Shown: positions 12,505 to 24,947 of the stretch, in pieces
Layout: each line of letters starts with the position of its first letter
How positions within the stretch are numbered: position 1 is the first letter of the stretch
Assembly: GCA_050084515.1 (NCBI GenBank)
Contig: CM114271.1
Location: 48,360,001 to 48,424,000, forward strand
Direction: 5' to 3'
DNA: 64,000 nucleotides
Origin: Blasia pusilla
Lineage: Eukaryota
Notes under the pieces: model-generated
Seen by the model: only the letters and a program-made list of their open reading frames with translations
Told to the model about the DNA's origin: nothing
The model's database searches: none
Made by a program: the position numbers and the translations under genes

Positions 12505-13516
12505 TGAGATTGAGTTTCGCAACCCTCATGACCAAACGAGTCCCAAAGCGGAACATCGGAACACTAGCGGGCTCACGCTAAGATGGTTTGCGCGTTGGAG
12601 TGGTCTCGGAGAAGAGACAAGAGACGAGACGCAAGTGAGGCTTCGCGTTTCATATTTTGTGGTCGCGACTGAAAAACCTGGACCAAACGCGGATCAAGAC
12701 TTGAGAGGAGTCAAGTCTAGGAAGTGGATTGCCAAAGGAAGGAATCCGGATTTGGGACGCCACTAGCGTTTGAGAGTTTCCGATTGTATTTGTGACCATA
12801 ACTTTTAGTGCCATGATGCGCTTGGGACGACTAAGAATGCGTTGGAAAGCTTATGGAAAGTCTGTTCAGGTGCACTAAAGATCTCTGCAAATGCATGCGT
12901 AGCGGCTGAGAAACAACCCGAAAATGACTATAAGTAGAGTCGGATTGAGGGCCACAATGAAGGGCCCGACCATCCTTTTCCAAAGGTGGGGGGTTAGTGG
13001 AGATCCCCAGAAGTACTATTAAGGGGGAAGGTCTCCAAGGGTGCTTGGGACTTGAACGCCACTTTGGGCGCCACGGGGCGGCTCAAGGGCATGGAACGGA
13101 TTGGGAGTTTGGAGTTGGGTTTGGAAACCTGAACCAAGTCTATTGAGGTGAATTTTAGAGATCCCTCTTGGATTCCAACCCGTGACTCAATTACTTAGGT
13201 CTCGGTTAGGAACTCGCGCGAGGTTTGTTGAACAGTTGGGACCTCTAAGCATGCAAGTGTTGTTTTAGGTTTCTGGACTAACCAGAAAGTATGTTCCAAG
13301 TCTTGAAGGATTTGCCATGTTGGGAACTTAGGAATGAGGGAAGGTTGAGCTTGATGAGATGCTGAGTTGAGGACTCGGTGGGTTGGAAGGCCGCTTGACC
13401 CAAAGCAAGACTAATGTGAGTGCGTTTGGGTGTAGGTTGGCGATGAGAGCGTGTCCTACTAAACGTACGCTTCCGCAACACTAAGATTGACGTTCAAGGA
13501 GAGTAGGCGCATGACA
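12505..13516. mobile_element. ~1 kb insertion interrupting copy A between DNMT and RT (possible solo LTR)
   Basis: Absent from the homologous site in copy C (41440-41480). Begins TGAGAT and ends ATGACA. No clean TSD visible. Confidence 0.5.
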
Positions 13517-16500
13517 TCGACACACCAAGGGTGATCAGGAGCGAAACCCTTGGACTTCTTGGGATGTTTTGCATGTACGCCAGGAGATGGTAGCCACAGC
13601 ATCGAGCGTGGTTCAGGAAATTACACATGGAGATCCAATTTTGTAGTTGGCTGGAAGGGAGCAGTCGAGTTTTGTTGTCCGAGACGGGGTTGCACCATAG
13701 CAACCACCGACACCCACGTCGGAGAGTTCTACCCTAGTCACAATGGAGACTTGGGAACCAGATATGGGCCCTAAGTTGACAAGAGGAGAGCGGCACGGCA
13801 TATACTAGTTCCTTAGGAGTTATAGGAGCTGTTTTTCATTTAGTATGCATGATTTGGGTACACTGAAAGGTCCAGGGATCCGCATTGAGTTGTCGAGTAA
13901 CACTCTGATCTTGCGAAGACCCTACAAGTATAATGACATGGAGAAGGATCTTATTTAGAGTAGGAGCCAAGACTTGGTTGGAGCAGGACTAGTGGAGATG
14001 TTGCATGGAGAGTATGCATGTGCCACTATCATGCCCGCCAAGAAGGATGTGCATGGCAACTAGACGGATAGGCGGATGTGTGGAGATTACCGACCTATCA
14101 ATCGACAGAAAAATTCCGATAGGTATGCCATGCCCACTCTTGAGGAGATCTTTGATGCTATTGAGCATGCAAAGGTCTTCAATTTGTTAGATCTTTGAGG
14201 CGGATACCATCAACTGCCTATCAAATTGGAGAACAGGCAGAAGACGACATTTTAGGGCATCGATCCTCACGGGAAGGATTGCTTGTACTAGTGGCGGTTC
14301 TTACCATTTGGGTTAAAGAATACCTTGGCTGAGTTTCAGAGGGTCATGTGTAGGATCTTGGTAGGTCTAGATTTTTCTAGGTGTTATATTGATGACATCG
14401 TAGTGTTTAGCGCCACGATTGAGGAGCATGAGCGACATTTAGAGGAGGTGTTTCGACGATTGCAATTACATGGGCTAAAGCTATATCTAGGCAAGTGCAA
14501 GTTCTTCTATGACCAGATTGAGTACCTGGGTCATACGATATACCTATTGGTTCTTGGTGTGCAGCAGACAAAGGTAGAGGCTATTTCACACATTCCACGC
14601 CCTAGAGATATGAGTCGAGTTTGTGCATTCATGGGATTGGCGAACTTCTATTGACGGTACGTCAAGGGTTTTACTTCGATGGCAAAGCCGCTAACCTTGC
14701 TGACCAAGGTGGATCAGGAGTGGCACTTGGGGGATGAGCAAGAGAGAGCATTTCAGCTGCTTAAGGATAGATTGACGTCCGCGTCCATATTGAGGAGACC
14801 GATTAAGGGGCGTCCTTTCCAGTTGCATACAGTTTGGAGCATGTTGGGGCTTGGATTTGTGCTCAACCAGCATGACGATGATGGTAGAGAGTTTGTGGTG
14901 GCTTACGCTAGTCGCTCAAACAATGCTGCAGAGGCAAAGTATAGCTTGTATGAGGGTAAGTGCTTGGCTGTAGTGTGGACTGTCGCACATTTCAGATGTT
15001 ATCTATTCAGAAATCCCTTTACCATCATTACTGATCATCAGCCATTAAGTGGTTGATGCAGTCCGATAAGCTTATAGTGTAGCTTGCAAGGTGGGCTCTT
15101 TTATTGCAGGTCATAGACCTGGGAGGCTCAACCAAGATGTAGATGGTTTGAGCCGTAACCCATGCCCGAGTTAGCAAGATGCGATTGGAGCTCGTTGACA
15201 TGGTGAGAGTGATGAGGAGTTGGTGCCAAGATGGCATGCGTCAGCCTATTTGGGTTTGTTGGTTATCAAGAGCCAGATTACAGAGACTTCGATGGCGAGG
15301 TCTGATGGAGAGTCCTTAGATCCAGAGGCTGGTGAGGAGACGACAGGTGGCCGAGACATTCACGACGATGGAGTGGTCTTGGAGTACCTACGTACTGGCA
15401 GCGTCGCGAGCACAGTGGGTGCTAGAGAGCGGGATCGATCCTACAGCGAGCCATACAGTTCTGGTGGGAGGGGACACATGTGTTGTAGGTGTGGGAGGAT
15501 GGTAGAGTGCGTGTAGTGCCTCATCCTTTGTAGAAAGCACGTTTGGTGCATTATGCCCATAAGGAGTTGGGTTATTTTGGAGTGAAGCGGACGTACAACT
15601 TGCTCCAGATTCAATATTGGTGGCGAGGCATGTAGAATAACGTTTAGCAGTTTGTAGCGAGATGCATGGTGTGTGATTGAGTCCGAGCATCGTTCAATGC
15701 TCCGACTCCATAGTTGCATCCACTTTCGATCATGGGTTTAGGTTATAGATGGAGTTTGGATTTTGCAGGACCTGTACCTTTGACAAAGCGCCATAGTTGT
15801 TTTGTGTTGGTGATGGTTGAGCATTTCTCCAAGTGGATAGAGTTGGTTGCATTGCCTGACAAAGCAAGTGAGGGAGTAGCGTATGCCTTCCTGGATCGGG
15901 TGTGGAGTCATTACGGCGCATCAACTGAGGTATTGACAAACCACAGTACAGAGTTCCGCGGGGAGTTTTAGGCCTTGTGTGATCAGGCACTGATCGACCA
16001 CTACACTACTTTGCGAGATCATTGAGAGGCGGATGGACTAGCGGAGCGGGTTGTGCAGACGGTGAAGAGAAAACTACGCAAGTATGGCTTGCAGAGAGGT
16101 CACCTAGGAGATTGGGACCTCCAGTTTCCGTGGTTGGCGATGGGATACAGATTCAGCAAGCAGGCATCCTTAGCGTCTTTCTCACCGTACTTGCTTTTCT
16201 ATGGTCGAGAGCCAGATTTACCTATGGCCATTCGTCAAGATGTTGGTAAGGTATTGAACCTTGATGACCTTGATGTATGGATGCGAGCATGTTCTCAGAG
16301 GGCTGAATTATTTCGGAGTGTGATGCCCATGGCGTTTAAGGACTTAGCGATTGTGTAGCATCGGCATACATTGAGGTACGCGACTATACGGGGAGGAGGT
16401 TATCGACCTACTATCTGGAGGTTTCATCAGGGAGACTATGTCTACTTGCAGCAAACGGCACCCACGATATTGGATGTGACTGCAGGGCGCACCATCTTGA

Positions 16501-16970
16501 GAGTGCCTGAGGTTTTGCCATCATCTGTTCTCTTATTGGAGGGATGCGATGGTATGGTTTGGAAGGACCATGTGCGTAATTGTGCACCGTGTCACCTTTC
16601 GAACATTGACAGTACAATTGATATGAGCTTAGAAGTAGTTCCTACAGGCTTGCGATGTAGGTTGTGTGGTTTTGCCCGCGGTGTAGCCACTATGCTAGTC
16701 TCTGATGGATGTTTGAGAGGATGGCATATGGCATGTTTGACACCATCTCTCACCTTAGGGACAATGGATGTGTCCCAGATATACATTGCGTAGGTAGTTC
16801 TACATTCTGACTTGTGTCTGTGATATGGATGATAAGAAGGCGACTAATGATGGGGCCACATGAGCACTCGACCTTCTTGCTCTTAGCGCCCGAGAGATGT
16901 ATATCATGGTAGGTAGGGATAGATGGCTATCTGGAGTTAGAGGGACCTAACCATCAGCTAGGAGGGCGAT

Positions 16971-17742
16971 TGGAGATATTTTGGTACTTCTTGTCTCGTT
17001 GTTTAGAAGCCATGAGTTAGCATGGGATCATGCGTGTTTGTGTGTGTGAGTTCGGTGATAGCAATGTATGTTGTGTAGCGATGTGTATGCGCACAACAAC
17101 TATCACGTCATTTAGGATAGATCGGTGAGATCTAGTAGAGCGCCTTCGCGAGCAGTGGAGGATAGGCTGTGGAGGTTGAGATGACTTGCTAAGGCCCTGG
17201 AAAACTTGAGAGAGCAGGTTTCCCCTTCGTTTCGGCTCATTTGGAGCCATATTGAGGAACTTACTATTTTAGGTAAATACCATTTTGAGTATATGGTATA
17301 ATTTCTATTTTTGGTAAGTGGTCTTTGACCTCCTACATCAGGTCAAGAGCCAAGGAGGTGACTTGGGAGCATAGGTTATCATGGAGAAAGCTTGGGAGAG
17401 GGAAGGGGTATACCTCAAGGAGAGAGAGGTTGAGAGCTCATTCTCTCTTTGTAAAACCTCTTTGCATGAGGCGACGGAGCTATAGTCTTGCTTGCCTTGT
17501 ATGTGTAACCCAAGCCTCTCATTAGGAGAGTGGGTTTGGTTTGACATTGAAAGAGATATGTGAGAGTGCACACATTTGAGAGATCTGGTGTTGAGAGAGA
17601 TTGGATCTTGATTTATTGAAGATATTTTGGTACTTATTGTCTCGTTGTTTGGATGTCATAAGTTAACATGGGATCGTGTGTGTTTGTGTGTGTGTTCGGT
17701 GACAACGATGAATGTTGTGTAGCGATGCGTATATGTATGACA
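16971..17742 (+). repeat. 3' terminus of copy A: A1 (16971-17098) - B (17099-17616) - A2 (17617-17742)
   Basis: Two ~127 bp TG..CA direct repeats (gatattttggtactt...gtagcgatg) flank a ~520 bp segment directly after the PPT. Confidence 0.85.
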
Positions 17743-17789
17743 AAGTAGACAAAGGAGCGGCTCTTGCTCCCGTAAGCACTAACGTGAAT

Positions 17790-18028
17790 AGGGAACACGT
17801 TCAAATACCACTTCCCAAAGTAGAAAGTCAACTCTACTCCTAATGATAACTTACCTGAAAGAGTTAGTTTCTCTATATACTTTCAAATGAGCCGAAACGA
17901 AAGGGAAATCTGTTCTCTCACGTTACCCGTGACGTGAGTAGGTCATTCACGATCTCTTGAAGTTGTCCTCTAATTTTGTCAAAGGCACCCTACTACAAAT
18001 TTATTGATCCATTTTAAAAGACTTGACA
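17790..18028 (-). repeat. Inverted, diverged copy of the B segment of a related element
   Basis: aaatgagccgaaacgaaagggaaatctgttctctca (17885-17920) is a near-exact reverse complement of 17208-17243. The copy starts TGTCA at 18028 on the - strand. Confidence 0.65.
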
Positions 18029-21000
18029 AAGTCATATCTATCATGCAATTTAGAGACACTTCGTCAATCCATAGCATGCTCAAAATAAGATGGAAATAGT
18101 TGCACAATAATAATTCATTATCATCGGAACATTGGAAGTGTGTATACCATTAATTTGTAGTACATCATCGTGGAACCCCATTCTACACTAAGGTTTATAG
18201 TGACCCCACCACAATATCACCAGGCAGGCAATTCCCACTTCCTTGGCCAATGGAGTGGGAATGGTACCCAAATGTCCCTTTCCTGATCTTCCCGATGCTG
18301 CCAAACATGTTCGGGTCGTTAGAACAAGAACTTTTATATTTAATGTGGCTAAACAAGAGACTAATCAACTTACGGAAATTTATATAGTCATTCGAGGATG
18401 TAGTTTGTTGTGACTACTTCGTTTGACACGGGTCATTTTCTGTTAAAAATACTTTTGGTCACCTTAGTTAGAGTCCTACGAAGTGGGAAGAGAAATTGAT
18501 AAAAAATAAATAAATGTTTAAATAGGGATCGGTGCAACTTAGGGCCCGTAAGATGCACTAACTAGTGTACGTCAAAAGGAGGGATGCGAAGACGTAGAGC
18601 CATGTATACTTCCACACATTTGACGATCCAAATTTGAAAATAAACTCGAAGCCAGTTATGAGAGACTTTCAAAACTAAAGCACATAGAAAGTATCACAAA
18701 ATTGAATCTAGCATGCCACGGATACTAACCTATGGGGTTAAACAAAGAACTGGACGATAAGTGTCCACATGACCTGAGAAACCTTGGACCATATTTCAAG
18801 AGATGAGCTTGTAGAGATGGTGGATTTGCTTACACCTCAATTCAACAAATTTGATGGTGAAAGCTTTTCTCGTAACAGGACGTGGCATATACTATCACCT
18901 GTAAGTCAAGTGAAGTGGGAGGAAGGTTACAAAAGTGCGGACAGCAGGCGTTCGGTGATCGAGAGTTTTGGTGAGCTGCATAAGTCTCGGAGGTCCTGGA
19001 GTTATCTGTAGTTCATCCCAATGAACATCTCTCATACGCTTCTGAAGGTTGGCTAAGTGCATAGCTTATGTGCGCACTAGCTTGAAGGGGTCGATGTCCC
19101 CGAATCTTGAATCGACTAGTAGAATTGCTCGCGGAGGATTCCCAAGATGTTAAGAGCACGCTGCATGTCATTTGTGCACTCGATTGACGAGATATATAGG
19201 CAACGGAAGCATTTTCCCAAATCTAGAAGAGAGTACTGGGCGTGTATGCAGCCACTTCCCAGTCTTGCTTAACACCTGACATATCATATGCCCGCGTGCT
19301 AGTGGAGGCCACAGTTTCCAACATCTCCAATACACTGTTGTACAGGTTATTGCGTTCGGGACAGAGTCTAATTCTATACGAAATGTCGCAGCCCTGCTAT
19401 TTAGAACGTGTCGATGTTGTTACACATTTCACCAGGAAAATGCTCTTCGTGAAACGAGTTACATCTGAAGCGTCTGCAGACTTGTTAGTAGAAGAACTGG
19501 AAATTAGTAATATAGAATCCATTTGCTTCTCTCCGGTGTACATCAAAGCACTTCTGAATCCTGTGATCGCATTGTAAGGGGTTAGTGATGAGATGTACAT
19601 CGGTGTATGGATGCGTGAATGGTCTACTCGTTCACAACCTTTTCTGCTTTCTCCTTCTCGCAGCTCAACGCTTGAGTCGGTATTTGGTTGATGGCAATCA
19701 GAATTTCCTCCAATCTAGGAAGTCGGTGTTCCTGGTTCCATAAAGTACGCCTGGCAGGATGTCAGAAAGCAGGCCCCGGCTATCATTCAGCAAAAACTCT
19801 ACGAGAATCATAAACGTATGAGCACTCCTCTTACGATGAGTGTGCATGTGATGTTACATGATCGATGGATGTGATAACAAGGGACACTTAAGAATAGCTC
19901 GTCCATTTACCTTCAGTTTTGAGAAAAGGATGTGTTCACCAGCGGTTACCTCAAACGCTCCATCCCTGTCAAGAATCGCACATCACATTCCTTAGGAAGC
20001 CATCCCTATGAATGTAACCCCGCCTTTTGCATTGAATTTCAATTTCTCAGTGAAAAGCTGCGGTACCACTACACGTACTGAGAGTTCAATTTTTTCTCTC
20101 ATATCTCCTCAAGAGAGGGTACTGGGGAAGCGGAATGCATGTGCACCACTTAACTTCGAATAAAGCGATCATTGCTGCGGACATTGAATTGCAAGATTAG
20201 GTCCAAGGTTTCGTCGCCATTCCTTCGTAAGACTAATCAGTACAGGAGCTGTAAATTGAAATCTATCATGTGCAGATGCAGTGAAAGACTAACCCGACCA
20301 GAACAAAGAGACCAGTCAAATGCATGCAGGGCCTACTTCAAGAACTTGTCATAGGAGATTCTGCAAAGTCAAATTTCAGCACTGAAGAAACGCCTGCGTT
20401 ATCGCTATGTTAGGGGGTCACCGCACGTACTCTTAATCCTCAAAAGTGACAGACATGTAGTGTTAGAGGTACGAGATCTTTGTGCGATAGTGAGGTGGAG
20501 AATCCTGTCTGCCGTGATGAAAGGAGTTCTTCACCTTGGTTGGATGTTCTCGTTTCCTAAAACCATGATGTCAGGATGTGCGTTTTCTGCATACAAGATA
20601 GCGTACGTCAGGAGCATATTGTTCATTTTCGAAGTCCGAGTTTGCATCTGCGCAGCCCTCGAAGTAAGTGTCCAGAGTAAACTCGTACGAAGGCCTGCCA
20701 GGAAGTGTAGATGCGGTGACGATGGAAAGGCAGTTTGAGACGGCGAGACGATGGCTGGATTGCTTACCTATTCCATCAGCAATTTTGATGAAATAGTCGG
20801 TACTTTCGGGTTTCTCGTGATACTCCACCAACACCTGCAATTGAATCGAGTGTAAGGTCATCAAGAATCCAGAGAATATCATGCAGGCAAAGCAGATTAT
20901 CCATGACCGATCGTGCTGGTATAATTGTAGTCATGGCGAAACAGTCGGCCACGAGCTATCAATTGCTAGGAACTCACGACGTTTGTACTGGGATCAATTT

Positions 21001-23899
21001 CTTCATGTTCCCACAACAGAAAAGCTGTCCCAATCTTCAGCTCCAGCTTTCGGCTATGGTGGTTCAACTCTTGAGTCCTGAAGGTGGATTCCAGGTAGTT
21101 TGCTACACCGACTGCCATCGCTAGACTACCAGCTTATCTGAGAGTGTCATAGGAGTTCACTTCTAGAAGTTGGACACCATATTCGAACGCCGAATTGACT
21201 TGCTTAGAGGTCACAAACACCAGCACGAGAGACGACAAGAAAGAAGTGTGAGATACCTCGCGAGGAGGAGGGACTTCCACTTTCGCACAGCAGGACATAC
21301 GATTCATTTGCCCCGCTTGAGTCGGGGAGTATTTCTGTATTTGACAGGGCAATCCATTCAAGACAGAGCTTCCCAAGGCAGCCGCAGCTTTCAGCGCCTT
21401 CAATTCTCCATAATGTTTGGCTGCTCCACCGGCAAACCTTGTTCCCAATGCCCAGCAGCTCCTCAAGTGCACCATTCTTACCTGATCCAATTCTCAATTC
21501 CACTCCAGCTCTGAAATCAATTGCAAACCCGTCTCGATCTGATTGCCTTCGGCCTCCTTCCTTTTCAGCTCAAACCCCAGCCATGTCTGTCCAGTGCTGA
21601 ACAGTAATTCCAATGTCAGGAACTCCTCGCAAGAAACAGGAACCTGGCCAATTCCTCTGTTCATGCACTAGACGGTTTCACATCTTCACCTGTACTTCGC
21701 TTCTTTTATTGCACCCTTGAGTTCTCCTTCTCCGATCTCCACCACATATACAAGCTAAAAGGTGGGAGGTCCAGATATCCCGCACGATAGAGCCAGAACG
21801 CAGAGCACTTATTCTCGCCCGTGCCCGGGATGGAGTGACGGGTCGGAGGACGATGTTCCCAGAGCCTTAATGGCTCCGGGTTTAGAGGTTCCCACTAAGT
21901 GGGAACCCGTGAACCCCTAATCTAGCCGCGATCCCATATCCCCCTTCCCGGGCGAAAGCCATAAGAGTCTTGCGGGAGACAATTTTCGACTCTGGCGAAT
22001 CTTGCGGGAAACACGAGGAAACACATCAAGTTTGAAGGATACGTCTACGCAACTTCGTCAAAGTTGCAGAACCAAGTGGCAGCTCTGGTTATTGACGATC
22101 AGCAATGAGAAGCCACGGTAGCAGACGTAGCAGCCGTGAACCGAGCTCATCTCAAGGTTGTCAAGCAATACGAGGGCACTCTCGAAGAATCGCTCTACTC
22201 GCACGCAAGCACTAGACCGAGTTGAAGACTTTAAGCACCCGCCAGGGCAAGGGGAGTAGGGCGTTGGATAAACTAACAAATTAAAGACCTGGAACTAGAA
22301 AATGAATTCAACGAATCTCTTGATGTATTGATCAAGGGAATGATTGTGTGGAGTCGTGTGGAATTCTGACGCTCTCTATGGTGCGTCTTAAGAGCTTCAG
22401 GATCTCATGTTGCACCCCATGAAACAAATATTTCGAAGACGGAAGCAATCCAGTGTATCCATTCCCTCAGTTTCGAGTGGTTTGCCCCTTCTGCTGGAGC
22501 ACAAGAAAGCTTGAGCGCCCACAACATTAATTTGATGTATAGGGTGAACCGGAGATCCCATCGAGTGAATCCCTGAGGTTATTGTGATCTCAAGTGTAGA
22601 CCTTTGATGTAGGTCTTGCAGACATGGACTTCAAGGGCAGCATACCGTCTGTAGGATCGACAAGAGAGAAATGCGCAGGGTGAAAACTGCGAGAAAACAT
22701 AGAACAGATGTAGTTGCTAACAACTCTGGAATTCCAGCTTGAACCAGTCATGAGATGGAGTGAAGAAACAGGTTGGCATTTCTCATTAGCTTCACATCCA
22801 GCAAACACCTCCAGACCAGCAAATGCAGTCATGGTACTCTTGAAGCAGTTGTTAAGTTTCGACCAATGAACCAAGACAAACCAACTCGTACAACTCCCTT
22901 GGGCACGATCCATAGAGTTTCCTATGGAACCTCTGGCAGATCGATCGATCCTCGAGTTTGCACTGGCTCCTCTGTCAACGAAACAAAGGTGTACCCACGT
23001 GCACATATGTGTGCATGTGAGTGGTTTTCCGCGCGAACAACAAAGCTACTTGCGTGCATTGAACACTTAGACACATGACATGTTTTCGAAAGGCATTCCA
23101 TCTGCTTCTACTAGCCACGGATCGAAGTGTAGAAATTCATCACTATTCAAGAGCAGTAGAGAGGAACCCAGGATCTTTCTATGACTGGCGCGGCATACAA
23201 CATGAAACATCGACTAACCGCTCAATCGACAAATACGTCCAACCAGTTACATGCTCAATCTATCGATTAATGATATGTATATGCAGTCTAGTAGTCGGCC
23301 ATGTGTAAGGAATGCCATCTACATCCAGAATCTCCATGTGTTCCTGAGGTGTGCAGCGATCACGTAAATTGGCATGACATTCGCTCAATATAAACAAATA
23401 TCATATTTAATTTAAAGAATGTTAGATCCATGAGGCAAGGTCCGAGTACCTTCCCATACAATCTATGATTTGAAGCTTTAATAAGATCAGCAAGTCAAGA
23501 ATCGATCGGCCTCCCTTGTCCTCCCTCAAAAAGTCCTGTTGGTAAATTAAAATAACAGCACACTCTCTATTGAACTCCAGGCCCCGCAAGCAATCAGCCA
23601 CTCCCATCCACCTCTACATTACTGGCGCGCCTGGTCGAAAACAATGTGAATGTCTGCAAGCACCTTACGTAGGGGTCAAGTACATAAAAGTACATTGCGA
23701 ATCAATCGATTTTCACGTTCTACCCTCTGTGCTCGATGTGGCACTGTATCTATTCTGGTACTACTAATTGAGTTCCTGGAGCTACAAAAAGCCTGATTAG
23801 AGGTAGATCGTTCCAAACCCCCGAAAAAAAATGAATCAAGAGAGAGAAGAGAGTTTAAGATCTTCAGCTTCCCTAACAATGCACATCCGGAGAGACTCT

Positions 23900-24410
23900 T
23901 TCAGTTGTGCCTGTCGTCGCCTTGCGACCCTAGACTGTAGACTGGGATGGGTGTAGAGAGAGGAAGAAGGTACCATTTGAGAGGAGGGAGACACTCTCAC
24001 ATAGTGCGAGTGCTGACCATACAAAGTGGAGAGAGAATATTTCTTCACATCCCATGGCAATGTGGTAGTACTCTCATAGTGTGAGTGCTCACCATACAAA
24101 GTGGAGACAGAGAGAGTGTGTGTACTCATTAAGTAGTGCCTGTCCTGGTTTGGACGGTGCAGAGACTCGCAGAGTGTGTACTTATTAAGTAGTGCATGTC
24201 GTAGCCTTGCGACCATGAGAGAAAATGTCCTCATTACGGCCCTTGCATACACTCCCAGTTTTTTTTTCTCATCATCTAGCCTATCCACGTGTCTTTCACA
24301 CGAAATCAATAACTAATGCCCGCTCTCACAGGACCACACACTGGTTAAGTAGTGCCTAATGCCCCCTCTCATAGGACCACACACTGGTTAAGTAGTGCCT
24401 GTCGTAGCCT
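23900..24410 (-). mobile_element. Cluster of LINE 3'-end fragments of the same family as the 47.7-51.4 kb LINE
   Basis: The reverse complement matches 51210-51371 (GGTCAGCACTC..ATGGTACC..ACACCCATCCCA..GCAAGGCTACGACAGGCACTACTTAATGAGT). The terminal motif recurs at ~23905, 24125, 24185, 24345 and 24390. Confidence 0.8.
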
Positions 24411-24947
24411 GAGAGAATCTTGCTCAAGATCCCATGGCAATGTAGTAGTACTCTAATGTGGTAGTACTCTGGGAAACATAACACCCAGAGGATTCATTCC
24501 TTCTGCAGGGAACCGCTCGCTCGAGTCCTCAATCGGGAGCTGCCGTAATTAAAGAGCCAAATCAGTGAGTGCCCACCAGAGCTAATTAATCTAAGCTTCG
24601 TGGTGAGAATCTCACTAGACTTACGGCCACCTTGAAATGATTCCGATAAACGACCAAAAACTTCCAATTAAGCTAGCAGCGGTCCTCCGATAAAAAACTC
24701 TATTCTACACTAGGCCGGAGTAGGCTGCACTTGCATTGCGTCCGCGGCAGGCGGGGGTGGGGGAGGGAGGTCGAAGGATAGAGTTATGGTTGAGATTGCA
24801 TACAAAATTCTTCGATAACACCCATTGCACCTATGCTGTATCCATGAATTTAGGGAGCATTAGAGCCAGTGGTTCTAAATCATCTATGGCATTTCATGAT
24901 TGATCAATCACTTCAAACAGTTCCGTGTACATCTCCTCCGATCGAGC

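Larger units (their letters stand above)
9780..17742 (+). mobile_element. Degenerate Ty3/Gypsy element, copy A (PR - C5-DNMT - RT - RH - INT - PHD)
   Basis: LLDSGAQP protease ~10753; DNMT 11460-12380; RT YIDDI ~14385; RNase H VVAYASRS ~14900; integrase MVEHFSKWIE ~15815; PHD 16650-16790; PPT agctaggagggcgat ~16956-16970; terminal repeats 16971-17742. Confidence 0.9.

Noticed and set aside
18900-21770. Possible decayed F-box/LRR-like gene on the - strand
   Set aside because: The composition looks coding and has scattered LxxL patterns, but every frame is broken and I could not identify a diagnostic motif.
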